From the NCBI GenBank assembly GCA_031399305.1, contig JANNOU010000098.1, forward strand, positions 1,343 through 65,342: a stretch of 64,000 nucleotides of DNA. The letters are read 5' to 3'. This document shows positions 1 to 9,119 of the stretch, piece by piece. A program made the translations under genes and the position numbers. The stretch's first letter is position 1, and each line of letters starts with the position of its first letter. This DNA is from Leptolyngbya sp. SOY_34_metabat_272. Its GTDB lineage: Bacteria; Cyanobacteriota; Cyanobacteriia; FACHB-261. The notes beneath the pieces are model-generated. The model did not search any database. It saw nothing but the letters and a program-made list of their open reading frames with translations, and was not told the origin of the DNA.

Positions 1-6
1 TGACCG

Positions 7-975
7 ATGAAAAATCTTCGATTCTATGTTGAGAAGTTTTCCAGACTTAATGTAAACCGTCATTACAAACGAGGAACAGCTCCCTACAAACCAGTTTTGC
101 TTCTAACTATTATTGATCTAATTGAACACGGGTTGCTGACCAAGAATCAGATTTTTATCTCTGCTGACCTACTAGCAACATTCATCAAATATCGTGACCT
201 TTTGGGACCAGAAGCTTATCAGGCGGATTTAGCCCAGCCCTTCTTCTACATGAAGAGTGATGGTTTCTGGCATCTTAAAGCACAACCTGGTCTGGAGGCA
301 GTTGTCTCCAAAGGAGTGTTGACGACACTTGAAAAATTAAAAGATACGATCCAGTACGCATACTTCGATGACGAACTTTTTAATCTATTGACGAATTTAG
401 ATTCTAGAAATGCTTTGATTCAGAGTCTTGTAACAAGCTGGTTTCCTGGTAGAAATCGAGAAATTTCAGAACTCTTTCAAATCAATTCATTTCAAGACTT
501 TCAGGATCGCTTGCGAGAGAAGGGTGGAAGAATCTATACGACTGAAGAGTTGGTTGATGAGAACAAAGCAGTTGTCAGGGATGCTGCTTTTCGCAAAGTA
601 GTTGTCAATATGTATGATTATCAGTGTGCCTTCTGCAGATTACGAATCATTAACTCTCTCAATCAAAACATCGTAGATGGAGCGCACATCAAGCCATTCT
701 CCGAATTCCGAGATGATCGAATGGATAACGGACTGTCTCTGTGCAAAAATCATCACTGGGCGTTTGACCGAGGCTGGTTCGGCATCCAAGATGACTATAC
801 GGTACTGGTTTCAAACGATTTGGGAGAAGAGTCGCCCAACGCAAAGTCGATGGGAGAATTTCAGGGTGAGCGTATCCTCTTGCCAGCTCAGGAGCGATAT
901 ACTCCCCGACTGGAAGCCCTCCGTTGGCATCGAGAAAACGTATTCAATCGTGGCGATCAGTTGGTCTTATATTGA
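7..975 (+). CDS. HNH nuclease, Type IV restriction-like (N-terminal DNA-recognition region plus C-terminal HNH_2-type motif)
   Basis: 322-aa ORF. The C-terminus CAFCRL...DGAHIKPFSEF...NGLSLCKNHHWAFDRGWFGI carries the Cys pair and His-Asn-His HNH signature. The N-terminal APYKPVLLLTIIDL...PFFYMKSDGFWHL resembles, from memory only, SBD-HNH (ScoMcrA-type, phosphorothioate-DNA-binding) restriction endonucleases. Confidence 0.75.
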   Translation: MKNLRFYVEKFSRLNVNRHYKRGTAPYKPVLLLTIIDLIEHGLLTKNQIFISADLLATFIKYRDLLGPEAYQADLAQPFFYMKSDGFWHLKAQPGLEAVVSKGVLTTLEKLKDTIQYAYFDDELFNLLTNLDSRNALIQSLVTSWFPGRNREISELFQINSFQDFQDRLREKGGRIYTTEELVDENKAVVRDAAFRKVVVNMYDYQCAFCRLRIINSLNQNIVDGAHIKPFSEFRDDRMDNGLSLCKNHHWAFDRGWFGIQDDYTVLVSNDLGEESPNAKSMGEFQGERILLPAQERYTPRLEALRWHRENVFNRGDQLVLY

Positions 976-978
976 CTG
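943..978 (+). repeat. Direct repeat copy 1 (last codons plus stop of the HNH gene)
   Basis: ttcaatcgtggcgatcagttggtcttatattgactg. It has a 23-bp exact core and 32/36 identity with 2613-2648. Confidence 0.9.
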
Positions 979-1180
979 ACTGTTTGCATTAAGCAGCTTC
1001 ATAAACTCCCCAGCCACCTCCTGATTTTCTTCGATACATCTACAATTTGGGCGACGTTCAGCATTCTTAGCCGTTGGATTTCGGTCCTCATTTACCCAAT
1101 AAGGATTATTCTATTCTTTGACCTTTCTTTGACCTTGGCTCCTGAAAGAGATAAACTTGGACCATCTACATTGATGTGCT

Positions 1181-2485
1181 ATGGCTAATTGGAAGTTCCC
1201 ATTTGGCGGTCATCCATCTTCCCAAAACCCGCAACCTGCACTACAGCCAAAGATTAAATCCTTGGCGGAGCTGGAAGCAGAGATGGAGGCAGAGGCAAAA
1301 CAGGTCCATGCCCGCCCACTTCAATCGCCTCAGCCAGCACCAATACAACACCAACCCTGGTCAGGACCGATACAACGACGTGTGCTGAACAGATTTGCCT
1401 GGGCAGCGTTGCTGATTGGTATCCCAGCAGGCATGGTCTGGATCGCTAACCTGCCTTACCCTGTGATTCGTCGTCCGGTCGCTCAAAATGCGCCTATTCT
1501 GCTGCTGCCCAGCTATGTCAGTGTTGACAAGCACTTTCGGCAGGCGATTGCTTCCGTTCAAGAAGCCAAACAACTGATTGATAATGCCACTAGTCCTGCT
1601 GATCTGGAGCGAGGAAGACAGAAAGTTGAGGAAGCACAAAAGCACCTTGATGCCCTACCGCTTGATTTTCTAAACATCCGGCCCGAGTATAGATATTGGT
1701 GGTACGACTGGCGGTTTAGCCGTATTCAGTTCAGCCAGGCACGGGCTGAGGTCGCACGGCTCAACGCTAAAGTCTTCCAAGAGGGAAATGCTCAAACTCT
1801 GCTTGCTGATGGAGAACAATCCCTTAACACAGCTAAGCAGCAGTACAACCAGGCCAAAACACCCACAGACAAACGAATAGCAATTGAAGCCTGGCGCTCA
1901 GCTCTTGATAAACTTACACAGATCCCTGGCGAAACTCTAGCTGGAAAAGTAGCTCGACAGAAGCTCGACATTGATCAACGCGATTTTCGAGAAGTCGTTG
2001 GTCTTGCTGCTGGGAATGAGCATATTAGCACTTTGATTAAGGCGGCACAGGAATTCTCTTGGCAAGCTGCTAAGGCAGGTCAGCACCCTCCACATACCGT
2101 GACAGAGTGGCAGCAGGTGAAAGTCTTGTGGCAGCAGGCGATTGAATCATTGAAACAGATTCCTTCGGATGATCTAGCTGGTTATGCAGAGGCTCAGAGG
2201 TTACTGGCGCAGTACGAAGCTAATTTGGGACAGATAGAGATTCGCCTTCAGGCCGAAGCTGAATCAGCTCAGGCTTTGCAAGAAGCAAAAAGAAATATTG
2301 AGAGTCTGCTGGCAAATACTCCGACAGATCCCAACTCCTTGAATCGCAATCTCGTAATCAGCCGCTTGCAACGAATCATAAATGATCTGGAGAGGGTATC
2401 TAGTGGAACGATCGCTTATCTAGAAGCCCAAGAGATTTTATTGTCGGCAAAAAATAAGCTCAATCAGCTGCAGTCTCAACAATGA
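1181..2485 (+). CDS. Hypothetical membrane-anchored protein with repeated helical modules
   Basis: 434-aa ATG-started ORF with one hydrophobic segment (FAWAALLIGIPAGMVWIA). A long helical region carries a recurring W..A...L.QIP...LAG motif (AIEAWRSALDKLTQIPGETLAG / VLWQQAIESLKQIPSDDLAG). I recognise no catalytic motif. Confidence 0.6.
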   Translation: MANWKFPFGGHPSSQNPQPALQPKIKSLAELEAEMEAEAKQVHARPLQSPQPAPIQHQPWSGPIQRRVLNRFAWAALLIGIPAGMVWIANLPYPVIRRPVAQNAPILLLPSYVSVDKHFRQAIASVQEAKQLIDNATSPADLERGRQKVEEAQKHLDALPLDFLNIRPEYRYWWYDWRFSRIQFSQARAEVARLNAKVFQEGNAQTLLADGEQSLNTAKQQYNQAKTPTDKRIAIEAWRSALDKLTQIPGETLAGKVARQKLDIDQRDFREVVGLAAGNEHISTLIKAAQEFSWQAAKAGQHPPHTVTEWQQVKVLWQQAIESLKQIPSDDLAGYAEAQRLLAQYEANLGQIEIRLQAEAESAQALQEAKRNIESLLANTPTDPNSLNRNLVISRLQRIINDLERVSSGTIAYLEAQEILLSAKNKLNQLQSQQ

Positions 2486-2579
2486 GTAGGGGAATCCACA
2501 ATTGTGAGGGGAAGTTTCCTCATCCGCACGCAAATTGTATTCTGAGTGAGGTACAGCAGCGCCCTTGAACCTGTGGTGA

Positions 2580-2645
2580 CAAGCAAGCCTAATTACTCAC
2601 TGGGAAGACATGTTTAATCGTGGCGATCAGTTGGTCTTGTACTGA
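2580..2645 (+). pseudogene. 3' remnant of a second HNH-nuclease allele (direct repeat copy 2)
   Basis: After a stop at 2577 the frame reads QASLITHWEDMFNRGDQLVLY-stop. The last 10 residues are identical to the end of ORF 7-975, with only synonymous nucleotide differences. Confidence 0.6.
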
Positions 2646-2659
2646 TTGTGATAGGGCAT

Positions 2660-2950
2660 TCAAGACTGATCCTCGCCCTGGCCTGAGTCACCCAAGTAAA
2701 GCCTGATAAACCCCTCAGCCGCCTCTGGGCTGATTTTCCGCAGCACATCCACGATCTGGGCAACGTTCTCAGCGGTGGGATCCCGGTCCTCATTAACCCA
2801 ACGACCAACGTTAGAGCGAGGGAGGCCCATTGCGACTGCTAGCTTGTTCTGACTGATGCCGTGCACCTCTAACACCTGCTTGAGGGCTTTACCTGCTTTT
2901 CCCATGCCCCTGATCGTGTCAGAGGACAATGAACGAGTAAATGTCACCAT
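2660..2950 (-). CDS. XRE-family helix-turn-helix transcriptional regulator
   Basis: GISQNKLAVAMGLPRSNVGRWVNEDRDPTAENVAQIVDVL is a classic XRE HTH. The true start may be the internal Met at 2905 (MGKAGKALKQ...), which would leave the operator pair intergenic. Confidence 0.8.
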   Translation of the reverse strand: MVTFTRSLSSDTIRGMGKAGKALKQVLEVHGISQNKLAVAMGLPRSNVGRWVNEDRDPTAENVAQIVDVLRKISPEAAEGFIRLYLGDSGQGEDQS

Positions 2951-2961
2951 TTAAGGTGACA
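2942..2961. promoter_or_regulatory. Operator-like perfect palindrome TGTCACC-N6-GGTGACA (site 1)
   Basis: tgtcaccatttaaggtgaca, read directly from the sequence. It lies between the divergent XRE gene and ORF 2994-3518. Confidence 0.6.
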
Positions 2962-2979
2962 TTGATATAGAATTCTGAG

Positions 2980-2999
2980 TGTCACCCTGAAAGGTGACA
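2980..2999. promoter_or_regulatory. Operator-like perfect palindrome TGTCACC-N6-GGTGACA (site 2)
   Basis: tgtcaccctgaaaggtgaca. Its half-sites are identical to site 1, and the centre-to-centre spacing is 38 bp. Confidence 0.6.
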
Positions 3000-3518
3000 T
3001 CATTCCGTCACCGAGAGTTCGCTCAGATGTACGCAGCCTTCCTGCCGGGCGCTGGCGATGCGCCCACCGTTTCCGTGCGCTCAGATTCTGCTGAACCCTC
3101 GCCCAGCAGAGAACCGCTGAGAATCCTGCTGATTGGCTCTCGCAAAGGTATCACTCAGATCATCCAAAGGCTTCACATTCTCAGGTTCGCCGAAGTTGGC
3201 GAGTGGAGTCCAATACTACCAACTGGCAACCCAGGCGAACTGATGAGTATTCTCATTCGCCATGTGCTGAGCGAGAGTCAGACCAGAGCCAATAGAAATC
3301 CACTCATTCCATCCTTCCTCAGCGCTCCGTCTGTGCCAATTCCAGGCTACGAGCTTGTCAAACTGATTCTGATTGGCTCTCGCAAAGCAGTAACAGACAC
3401 CATTGAGCACCTGAATCGCGTCGATTTTGCTCATTCCGGAGCTTGGAGTCCCTTATTACCCACTGAGAATCCAGGTGAAGTGATCGCTATCTTGACACAG
3501 CTCATTCCTTTGAATTGA
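2994..3518 (+). CDS. Uncharacterised protein made of two tandem copies of a ~55-aa domain
   Basis: LRILLIGSRKGITQIIQRLHILRFAEVGEWSPILPTGNPGELMSILIRHV versus VKLILIGSRKAVTDTIEHLNRVDFAHSGAWSPLLPTENPGEVIAILTQLI. The DNA word ctgattggctctcgcaaag also occurs twice (3128, 3368). The start is GTG 2994 or ATG 3027. Confidence 0.6.
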   Translation: MTSFRHREFAQMYAAFLPGAGDAPTVSVRSDSAEPSPSREPLRILLIGSRKGITQIIQRLHILRFAEVGEWSPILPTGNPGELMSILIRHVLSESQTRANRNPLIPSFLSAPSVPIPGYELVKLILIGSRKAVTDTIEHLNRVDFAHSGAWSPLLPTENPGEVIAILTQLIPLN

Positions 3519-3554
3519 GCACTCTAGGAATAACTAAAATGATTACGTGACTAA

Positions 3555-4241
3555 GTGCGACGTCCCAAACTCAAAGCTCTCGGCCCAGCGGTTCAGCAAG
3601 ATATCAAAATCTTCTGCGTCACCTACCGTCAGGCCTGCGTTGCTGCCGACCAAATGCTATTTAGCCTGGGCGAGTCGGGCTTCGTCGCCCGCCTGTGTAA
3701 GCAGAGCAAAATCGGCAAGCGTCTGCCCAACGCCCTCTATATTCACGTGTCCGCACTGGAAGCCCTAGATCCCCTGCTCAGACTTTACGAAGGCTGCGCC
3801 AGCCGCACCATCGGTCGCATGGATGGCGCAACTCTGATCAAATTCAGCACCGACCAACCCAAAATTTCCTATTTGTTCTATCCCAATTTTGACAGCGACC
3901 CCCATCCCGTTTTGCAGACCAGCATGCAGGTCGATCTGCGCAACCTGCACGTCAGCTATCGGGACTATGATGCCGCCGACAACCCTCCCTTGCTCCACCG
4001 CAAAGAAACCTTTGTCAGCCCCGCCTATCCTCACCATGAGAAATTCGCAAGGCTGACTCACCAGGAAGAAGCCTGGGGACTGCTAGATCACCCCAGTTCG
4101 ATTGGCACACGCAAAGGCTGGTTCAGGCGATTGGAGGAACACTGTGCCCAACTTCAAGGACATCGGGTTGTCTGGCGCAAAGATGCTGACCCCTACCGCA
4201 TCAGATTGCTGCGAGCTGCCCAACGTCAGAGAAGTCGGTAA
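3555..4241 (+). CDS. Conserved hypothetical protein; possibly related to the C-terminal region of DNA-phosphorothioation-associated putative methyltransferases (unverified)
   Basis: 228-aa ORF. Motifs IGKRLPNALYIHVSALEALDPLLRLYEGCA, YPNFDSDPHPVL and NPPLLHRKETF recall TIGR04096-type proteins from memory. No SAM-binding or methyltransferase half is present. The start is uncertain (GTG 3555 sits directly after a stop; ATG at 3654). Confidence 0.5.
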   Translation: MRRPKLKALGPAVQQDIKIFCVTYRQACVAADQMLFSLGESGFVARLCKQSKIGKRLPNALYIHVSALEALDPLLRLYEGCASRTIGRMDGATLIKFSTDQPKISYLFYPNFDSDPHPVLQTSMQVDLRNLHVSYRDYDAADNPPLLHRKETFVSPAYPHHEKFARLTHQEEAWGLLDHPSSIGTRKGWFRRLEEHCAQLQGHRVVWRKDADPYRIRLLRAAQRQRSR

Positions 4242-4249
4242 AACACCCG

Positions 4250-4549
4250 TCAGATGGCTGGATTGAACGGCAGTTCCGACCCGTCGAGAGTGCTGCCAAG
4301 CGGTTCAGGGTCTCTAACCGCAACAGGTTCGACCAGAAGCGTAATATCCTGAACGCCAAGCACATGGACTGTCTCACCAGGCTGCAGCGAAACAGACTGG
4401 TCGCAGCGAGCGGGCCACCAAGAACCGCTGTAAAAGACTCGCCCGATTTTACCAGGCAGAATCACCTCATCTACGACCGCCTCGCTAGCTGGCAGTGGCG
4501 AGTTGGAGCTAAGCTCATGCAGCGTAGATCCCGAAGAATCCCCGACCAT
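4250..4549 (-). CDS. NfeD-like OB-fold domain protein (short, no TM region)
   Basis: LPGKIGRVFYSGSWWPARCDQSVSLQPGETVHVLGVQDITLLVEP fits the NfeD C-terminal beta-domain pattern (G.V...G..W.A......G..V.V.G.....L.V.P). Confidence 0.5.
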   Translation of the reverse strand: MVGDSSGSTLHELSSNSPLPASEAVVDEVILPGKIGRVFYSGSWWPARCDQSVSLQPGETVHVLGVQDITLLVEPVAVRDPEPLGSTLDGSELPFNPAI

Positions 4550-4836
4550 TTTTTTACCCTCAGAATATAAAGATCATCGTTGGAATCCAGCCAACAATCG
4601 TGAGATTTCAACCTTACCCCGGCTAAGATCATGGTCGGGTGCAAGCCTAGCAAAGTAATAGTTTGGCTAAACTAACTCCTAGCCTAGAACCTATCACGGC
4701 TGCAGAAAATCACCCAATAGGTTGAAATTCAAACCTTTCAAAGTCTGAATACAGAATTGTGTTTTGATCGCTACTGTAGATAGGGCAACACAGAACCAAG
4801 CTTGACTTGAACGCGGCCAAAAAGCGTTCAAGGCTC

Positions 4837-5865
4837 TCAGAATAAACCGGTCAGATTGTTTTCCCCTGCGATTACCGAGCCAATTCGGTGAGCTGGTAAT
4901 CCCTGAGCCAGGAACCAATCCAGCGTCGCCTGGCACTGGTCCTCGGGCACGACTAGTGCCAGGCCAACGCCCATATTGAACGTGCGGTACATTTCGGCGT
5001 CTGGAACCGAGCCCGCTTGCGCCAGCCAGCGGAACACCGGCGGCACTGGCCAAGAACCCGGCACTACCTGCACCGCTTGCCCTAGTCCCAGGCAGCGAGG
5101 CAAATTCTCGGGTAGACCACCGCCTGTAATGTGGGCTATGCCATGGATTTCCAGGCCAGACTTGAGGGCGGCCAGCAGCGGTTTGACGTAGATCCGCGTA
5201 GGCGTCAGCAGAACCTCACCGAGCGGACGGTTCGGGTCAAGTTCTACCAGCGGCTGGGTCCAGTCCAGTCCAGCCGTGGCCACAATTTGGCGCACCAAGC
5301 TGAAACCATTACTGTGCACACCGCTACTAGTCAGACCTAAAACCGCGTCGCCCAGACGCACCTGCGAACCATCGAGCGCCCGCTCCTTCTCGACAATGCC
5401 CACGCAGAAACCGGCCAGATCGTACTCGCCTGGAGTATAGAATCCGGGCATCTCGGCAGTCTCACCGCCCAGTAACGCACAGCCCGACTCGCGGCAGCCA
5501 GCGGCAATCCCCGCTACCACCGCGGCCAATTGTTCGGGCTCTAGTTTTCCAGTTGCTAGGTAATCCAGAAAAAATAGCGGCTCCGCGCCAACTGTGAGCA
5601 CATCATTGACGCACATGGCCACCAAATCGATCCCAACCGTGCTATGACAGTTCAGGATTTGGGCAAGCTTTAGCTTGGTGCCAACCCCGTCCGCCCCCGA
5701 GACCAGCACCGGCTGTCGGTACCCGCCGGGAATCTCAAACAGACCGCTGAACCCCCCCAGACCGCCCAAAACTCCAGGTCTCCGAGTGCTTTCGACCAGC
5801 CCTCGAATGCGCTCCACAAAGGTGCGACCCGCTTCGATGTTGACCCCTGCCTGTCGATACTCCAT
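4837..5865 (-). CDS. purM: Phosphoribosylformylglycinamidine cyclo-ligase (AIR synthetase)
   Basis: [21 protein letters not shown]...[11 protein letters not shown]...[14 protein letters not shown]...[11 protein letters not shown] is full-length PurM. I place the start at the Met at 5865; the ORF extends to 5922. Confidence 0.93.
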   Translation of the reverse strand: MEYRQAGVNIEAGRTFVERIRGLVESTRRPGVLGGLGGFSGLFEIPGGYRQPVLVSGADGVGTKLKLAQILNCHSTVGIDLVAMCVNDVLTVGAEPLFFLDYLATGKLEPEQLAAVVAGIAAGCRESGCALLGGETAEMPGFYTPGEYDLAGFCVGIVEKERALDGSQVRLGDAVLGLTSSGVHSNGFSLVRQIVATAGLDWTQPLVELDPNRPLGEVLLTPTRIYVKPLLAALKSGLEIHGIAHITGGGLPENLPRCLGLGQAVQVVPGSWPVPPVFRWLAQAGSVPDAEMYRTFNMGVGLALVVPEDQCQATLDWFLAQGLPAHRIGSVIAGENNLTGLF

Positions 5866-6246
5866 GTTGTCTCCCCCCAAGGCCTGAATCCTAGGGTACG
5901 TCGTGATCCGGCTCACAAACAATGTTAAGTTCTCATGAAGCCTGCGCTACGCTTAGAACCTCAGACAAGCTACAGACGAGCTATGAAAACCTCACCCGGA
6001 CTTCGATTTCCCAGCTTGAGCTTCTTAAAGGTTTGATAAAGTTGCCGGGTCAGTCTGCCACCCGCTGATCCCCGTTACAGAAACTTCATGCTAGTCTAAT
6101 GCAGTTCAAAAACAGAGAACAAAAACGGAACGAGTCCGAGTTACAGACTGGTTACGTGTTAGCTCCGAGTGCCAACGCGACCAGTGGTTCAAACCCTTGA
6201 ATCTCTGTCGCTTGGGCTCCCTGATGACGTTGTTCCTCACGGAAGT

Positions 6247-7416
6247 ATGAACCAACAATTTTGGGGTAGCTTAGTCACTGCTCTGCTGATTTCAACAGCC
6301 ACGGGAACGCTGAATGGCGCGCCCGCTCGGGCAGATGACCAAGGCAGCACCTCAGATGAAAAAGTGGGTGCCATTGATGCGGGGGGACCCATTGCTCCTG
6401 CCGAACCAGCTCCTGAGCACGACAGCGTTCGTCGAGCCAGCGTGACCCTGCAATCTGCAGCCACCTCTGCGGCTGGGGCAACGGCTCCAGCGCAAGCTCT
6501 CAAACTCTCAAGCAGCGAGGTTCTGGCGACGCTCGCCAGACCAGCGGATCCTGCCAGCACTGGATTCTCCAGCGCCAACCCAGCGGCGGCTCAAGTTGCC
6601 CAAGTCACCGAAGTGACCAAGATCGGGACACGCCAGTCCCAACCAACCTCCGCACGACCTGCCGTTGCTGGCTCAGCAGTGGGACAGGATTTACTCGCTC
6701 GCACCCAGCCTCACAGCTGGCAGGGTCGCGCCGCCGCGACCCTATATGTCCGCGGCATTCCAATTGCTACTTTCTTGGCAGCCAACGGTGCCTCAGATCC
6801 GGAGATCGGCAATCCTGATCCGCTTCGACAGGCCACCGAAGCGGCAGACCGTCTCAACGCCCTCCAGCGCGCTGCCTTCGATGCGGGTGACATCACGCCA
6901 GTTTGGTCTGATCAGCAGAACCGCTATCAGATCCGGCTAGGCGATCAGGTTTTGCTGAGCTTTGGGGACAACGTGAGGTTGCCCGATGCAACCCGCACCT
7001 CCGCTGACAATGTTCTGTCCGCAACCAATCGTCTGCGGCGGCTGTTGGGAAACGCTCCACCAATCGATCGAGAAGCTCTGCCTGCGGCTGAGGGTCTAAA
7101 CTTGGCTCAGCGGTCGATCCGACTGATCGCCAGCGGTCTAGCTTCCTGGTACGGACCAGGTTTCCACGGCAATCGCAGTGCCAATGGAGAGGTGTTCAAC
7201 CAAAATGCGATGACAGCGGCACATCGCCACTTGCCCTTTGGGACACGCGTACGGGTGGTCAACCGCAACAACGGTCGGTCGGTGGTAGTTCGCATCACCG
7301 ACCGCGGTCCTTACGCCCACGGGCGAGTCATCGATCTGTCAGCGGCAGCAGCTCGGGTCATTGGTTTGATCCAGTCTGGGGTTGCTCCAGTCCGGCTTGA
7401 GGTGATTGGTCGCTGA
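6247..7416 (+). CDS. RlpA-family septal ring lytic transglycosylase-like protein (DPBB domain)
   Basis: The C-terminus GLASWYGPGFHGNRSANGEVFNQNAMTAAHRHLPFGTRVRVVNRNNGRSVVVRITDRGPY is the RlpA double-psi beta-barrel. A signal-like N-terminus begins at Met 6247; the ORF is open from 6169. Confidence 0.85.
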   Translation: MNQQFWGSLVTALLISTATGTLNGAPARADDQGSTSDEKVGAIDAGGPIAPAEPAPEHDSVRRASVTLQSAATSAAGATAPAQALKLSSSEVLATLARPADPASTGFSSANPAAAQVAQVTEVTKIGTRQSQPTSARPAVAGSAVGQDLLARTQPHSWQGRAAATLYVRGIPIATFLAANGASDPEIGNPDPLRQATEAADRLNALQRAAFDAGDITPVWSDQQNRYQIRLGDQVLLSFGDNVRLPDATRTSADNVLSATNRLRRLLGNAPPIDREALPAAEGLNLAQRSIRLIASGLASWYGPGFHGNRSANGEVFNQNAMTAAHRHLPFGTRVRVVNRNNGRSVVVRITDRGPYAHGRVIDLSAAAARVIGLIQSGVAPVRLEVIGR

Positions 7417-7530
7417 GCAGGCATGGTCCAGGTCTAGCTCAAGGCTGCTGATAGAGCGATTCAGGGGCGCTTGTAGCACTATGCGAATAGACCGTCAGAA
7501 CTCATTCAGGGTTCTGGCGGTTTTTTGCAC

Positions 7531-8994
7531 TCAGGCGCTGGTTTCAATGATCACTGGCTCTAGTTGCTGGATCAGCTGCTTTAGCTCCGCAGCCAGTTGG
7601 GCCTGTTGATCCAGCGAGTCCGTCTCTAGGTAGACCCGCATGAGCGGCTCGGTGCCAGAGGGGCGCAGCAGAATCCAGGAGCCGCCTTCGAGGTGCAGCT
7701 TGACGCCATCTTTACGGCCTACGGCCTGGACTGGTGTGCCCGCAACGGCGCTGGGGGGAGTTTGGCTGAAGGCGCTCATCACCGCCGCTTTGTGCGCATG
7801 GCTCAAGCGCAGATCCAGACGCTGGTTGTAGCGGGGGCCGCCCGCCTCTGCGGTGACTTCGGCGGCGAGCTGAGAGAGCGGCTTGCCCTCATAGGCTAGC
7901 GCTTCCGCCATCAGCAGATTGGCCAGGATGCCGTCCTTTTCCGGGATGTGACCGAGGATGCTCAGGCCACCCGACTCCTCGCCACCGATCAACACCGGCA
8001 CTTCGCGCATCTTTGCACCGATGTATTTGAACCCAACGGCGGTTTCGTGGAGGTCTAGGCCGTACCGGGCTGCCAGATTGTCAAGCAGGTGTGTGGTCGC
8101 GACCGTGCGCACAATCGCGCCCGATTGGCCCCGGTTCTTCACCAAGTGCCGCGCCAGGATCATCAGCACGGTATTAGGTTCAAGGATCTGACCCCGCTCA
8201 TCGACGATGCCGAAGCGGTCGCTGTCGCCATCGGTGGCCAAGCCGAGATCGGCGCTGGAGGCTTTGACAGCTGAGACCAGTGCGTCTAGCTGCCTGCCTT
8301 TGGGGTCGGGCATGCCGCCGCCAAACAGGACATCGCGGTAGGTATGGTCGCTGGCAGTCTCACAGCCGCAGTGGGTCAGCGCGGTGTCAAGATAGCCTCG
8401 AGAAGTCGAATAGAGGGCGTCGTAGCCAACCCTCAGGCGAGCGGCGCGAATGCGCTCTAAGTCCAGCAGCGTGTACAGAAACCGCAGGTAATCTGGTTGG
8501 GGATCAAAGGTAATGATGTTGTTCAAGGGCACAGACCGGGGGCCAGCGTCGGCAGCCCCTGCCAGATTGGCCACAATTGTGTCTGTAATTTCCGGGGTTG
8601 CAGGTCCCGCGTAGTCGGGGATGTACTTGATGCCGCAATAGGCGGCAGGGTTGTGGCTGGCCGTGAACATCAGCGCGCCAGCCGAGTTGAGCTGTCGCGC
8701 GCTGTAGGCGATTGCGGGCGTGGGGCAGTCGCGCTCGGCGAGCAGCACGCGCCAGCCCAGAGATGCCAGCACCTCTGCTGAAGCCCAGGCAAACTGATCA
8801 GCCAGAAAGCGAGTGTCGTAGCCGACTAGGACAGGGCGCTCTCGGCTGTAGGTCTGCTCTAAGTAACAGGCCACTGCCCGTGTAACCTTTCGAACATTGG
8901 GGAAGGTAAAGTCGTCTGCGATGATCCCCCGCCAGCCATCGGTGCCGAACTGAATCGTGGCGGGACGGGGGAATGCTGCCTCCCTAACACTCAT
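7531..8994 (-). CDS. Phosphoglucomutase/phosphomannomutase family protein
   Basis: FTASHNPAAYCGIKY (active-site Ser loop), GLATDGDSDRFG (metal loop) and GGEESGG (sugar loop). Confidence 0.9.
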   Translation of the reverse strand: MSVREAAFPRPATIQFGTDGWRGIIADDFTFPNVRKVTRAVACYLEQTYSRERPVLVGYDTRFLADQFAWASAEVLASLGWRVLLAERDCPTPAIAYSARQLNSAGALMFTASHNPAAYCGIKYIPDYAGPATPEITDTIVANLAGAADAGPRSVPLNNIITFDPQPDYLRFLYTLLDLERIRAARLRVGYDALYSTSRGYLDTALTHCGCETASDHTYRDVLFGGGMPDPKGRQLDALVSAVKASSADLGLATDGDSDRFGIVDERGQILEPNTVLMILARHLVKNRGQSGAIVRTVATTHLLDNLAARYGLDLHETAVGFKYIGAKMREVPVLIGGEESGGLSILGHIPEKDGILANLLMAEALAYEGKPLSQLAAEVTAEAGGPRYNQRLDLRLSHAHKAAVMSAFSQTPPSAVAGTPVQAVGRKDGVKLHLEGGSWILLRPSGTEPLMRVYLETDSLDQQAQLAAELKQLIQQLEPVIIETSA

Positions 8995-9119
8995 GAGTCC
9001 TCGCTTCTAAGTCTGAGAGTCGCTGCCTTGCCAACTTCACAATAGTGGCTCCTCTCACAGCTCACCAAAGCCAGGAGGTACGGGAATTTTTTGGGGACAC
9101 TCTGATGATTAAGTTAATT

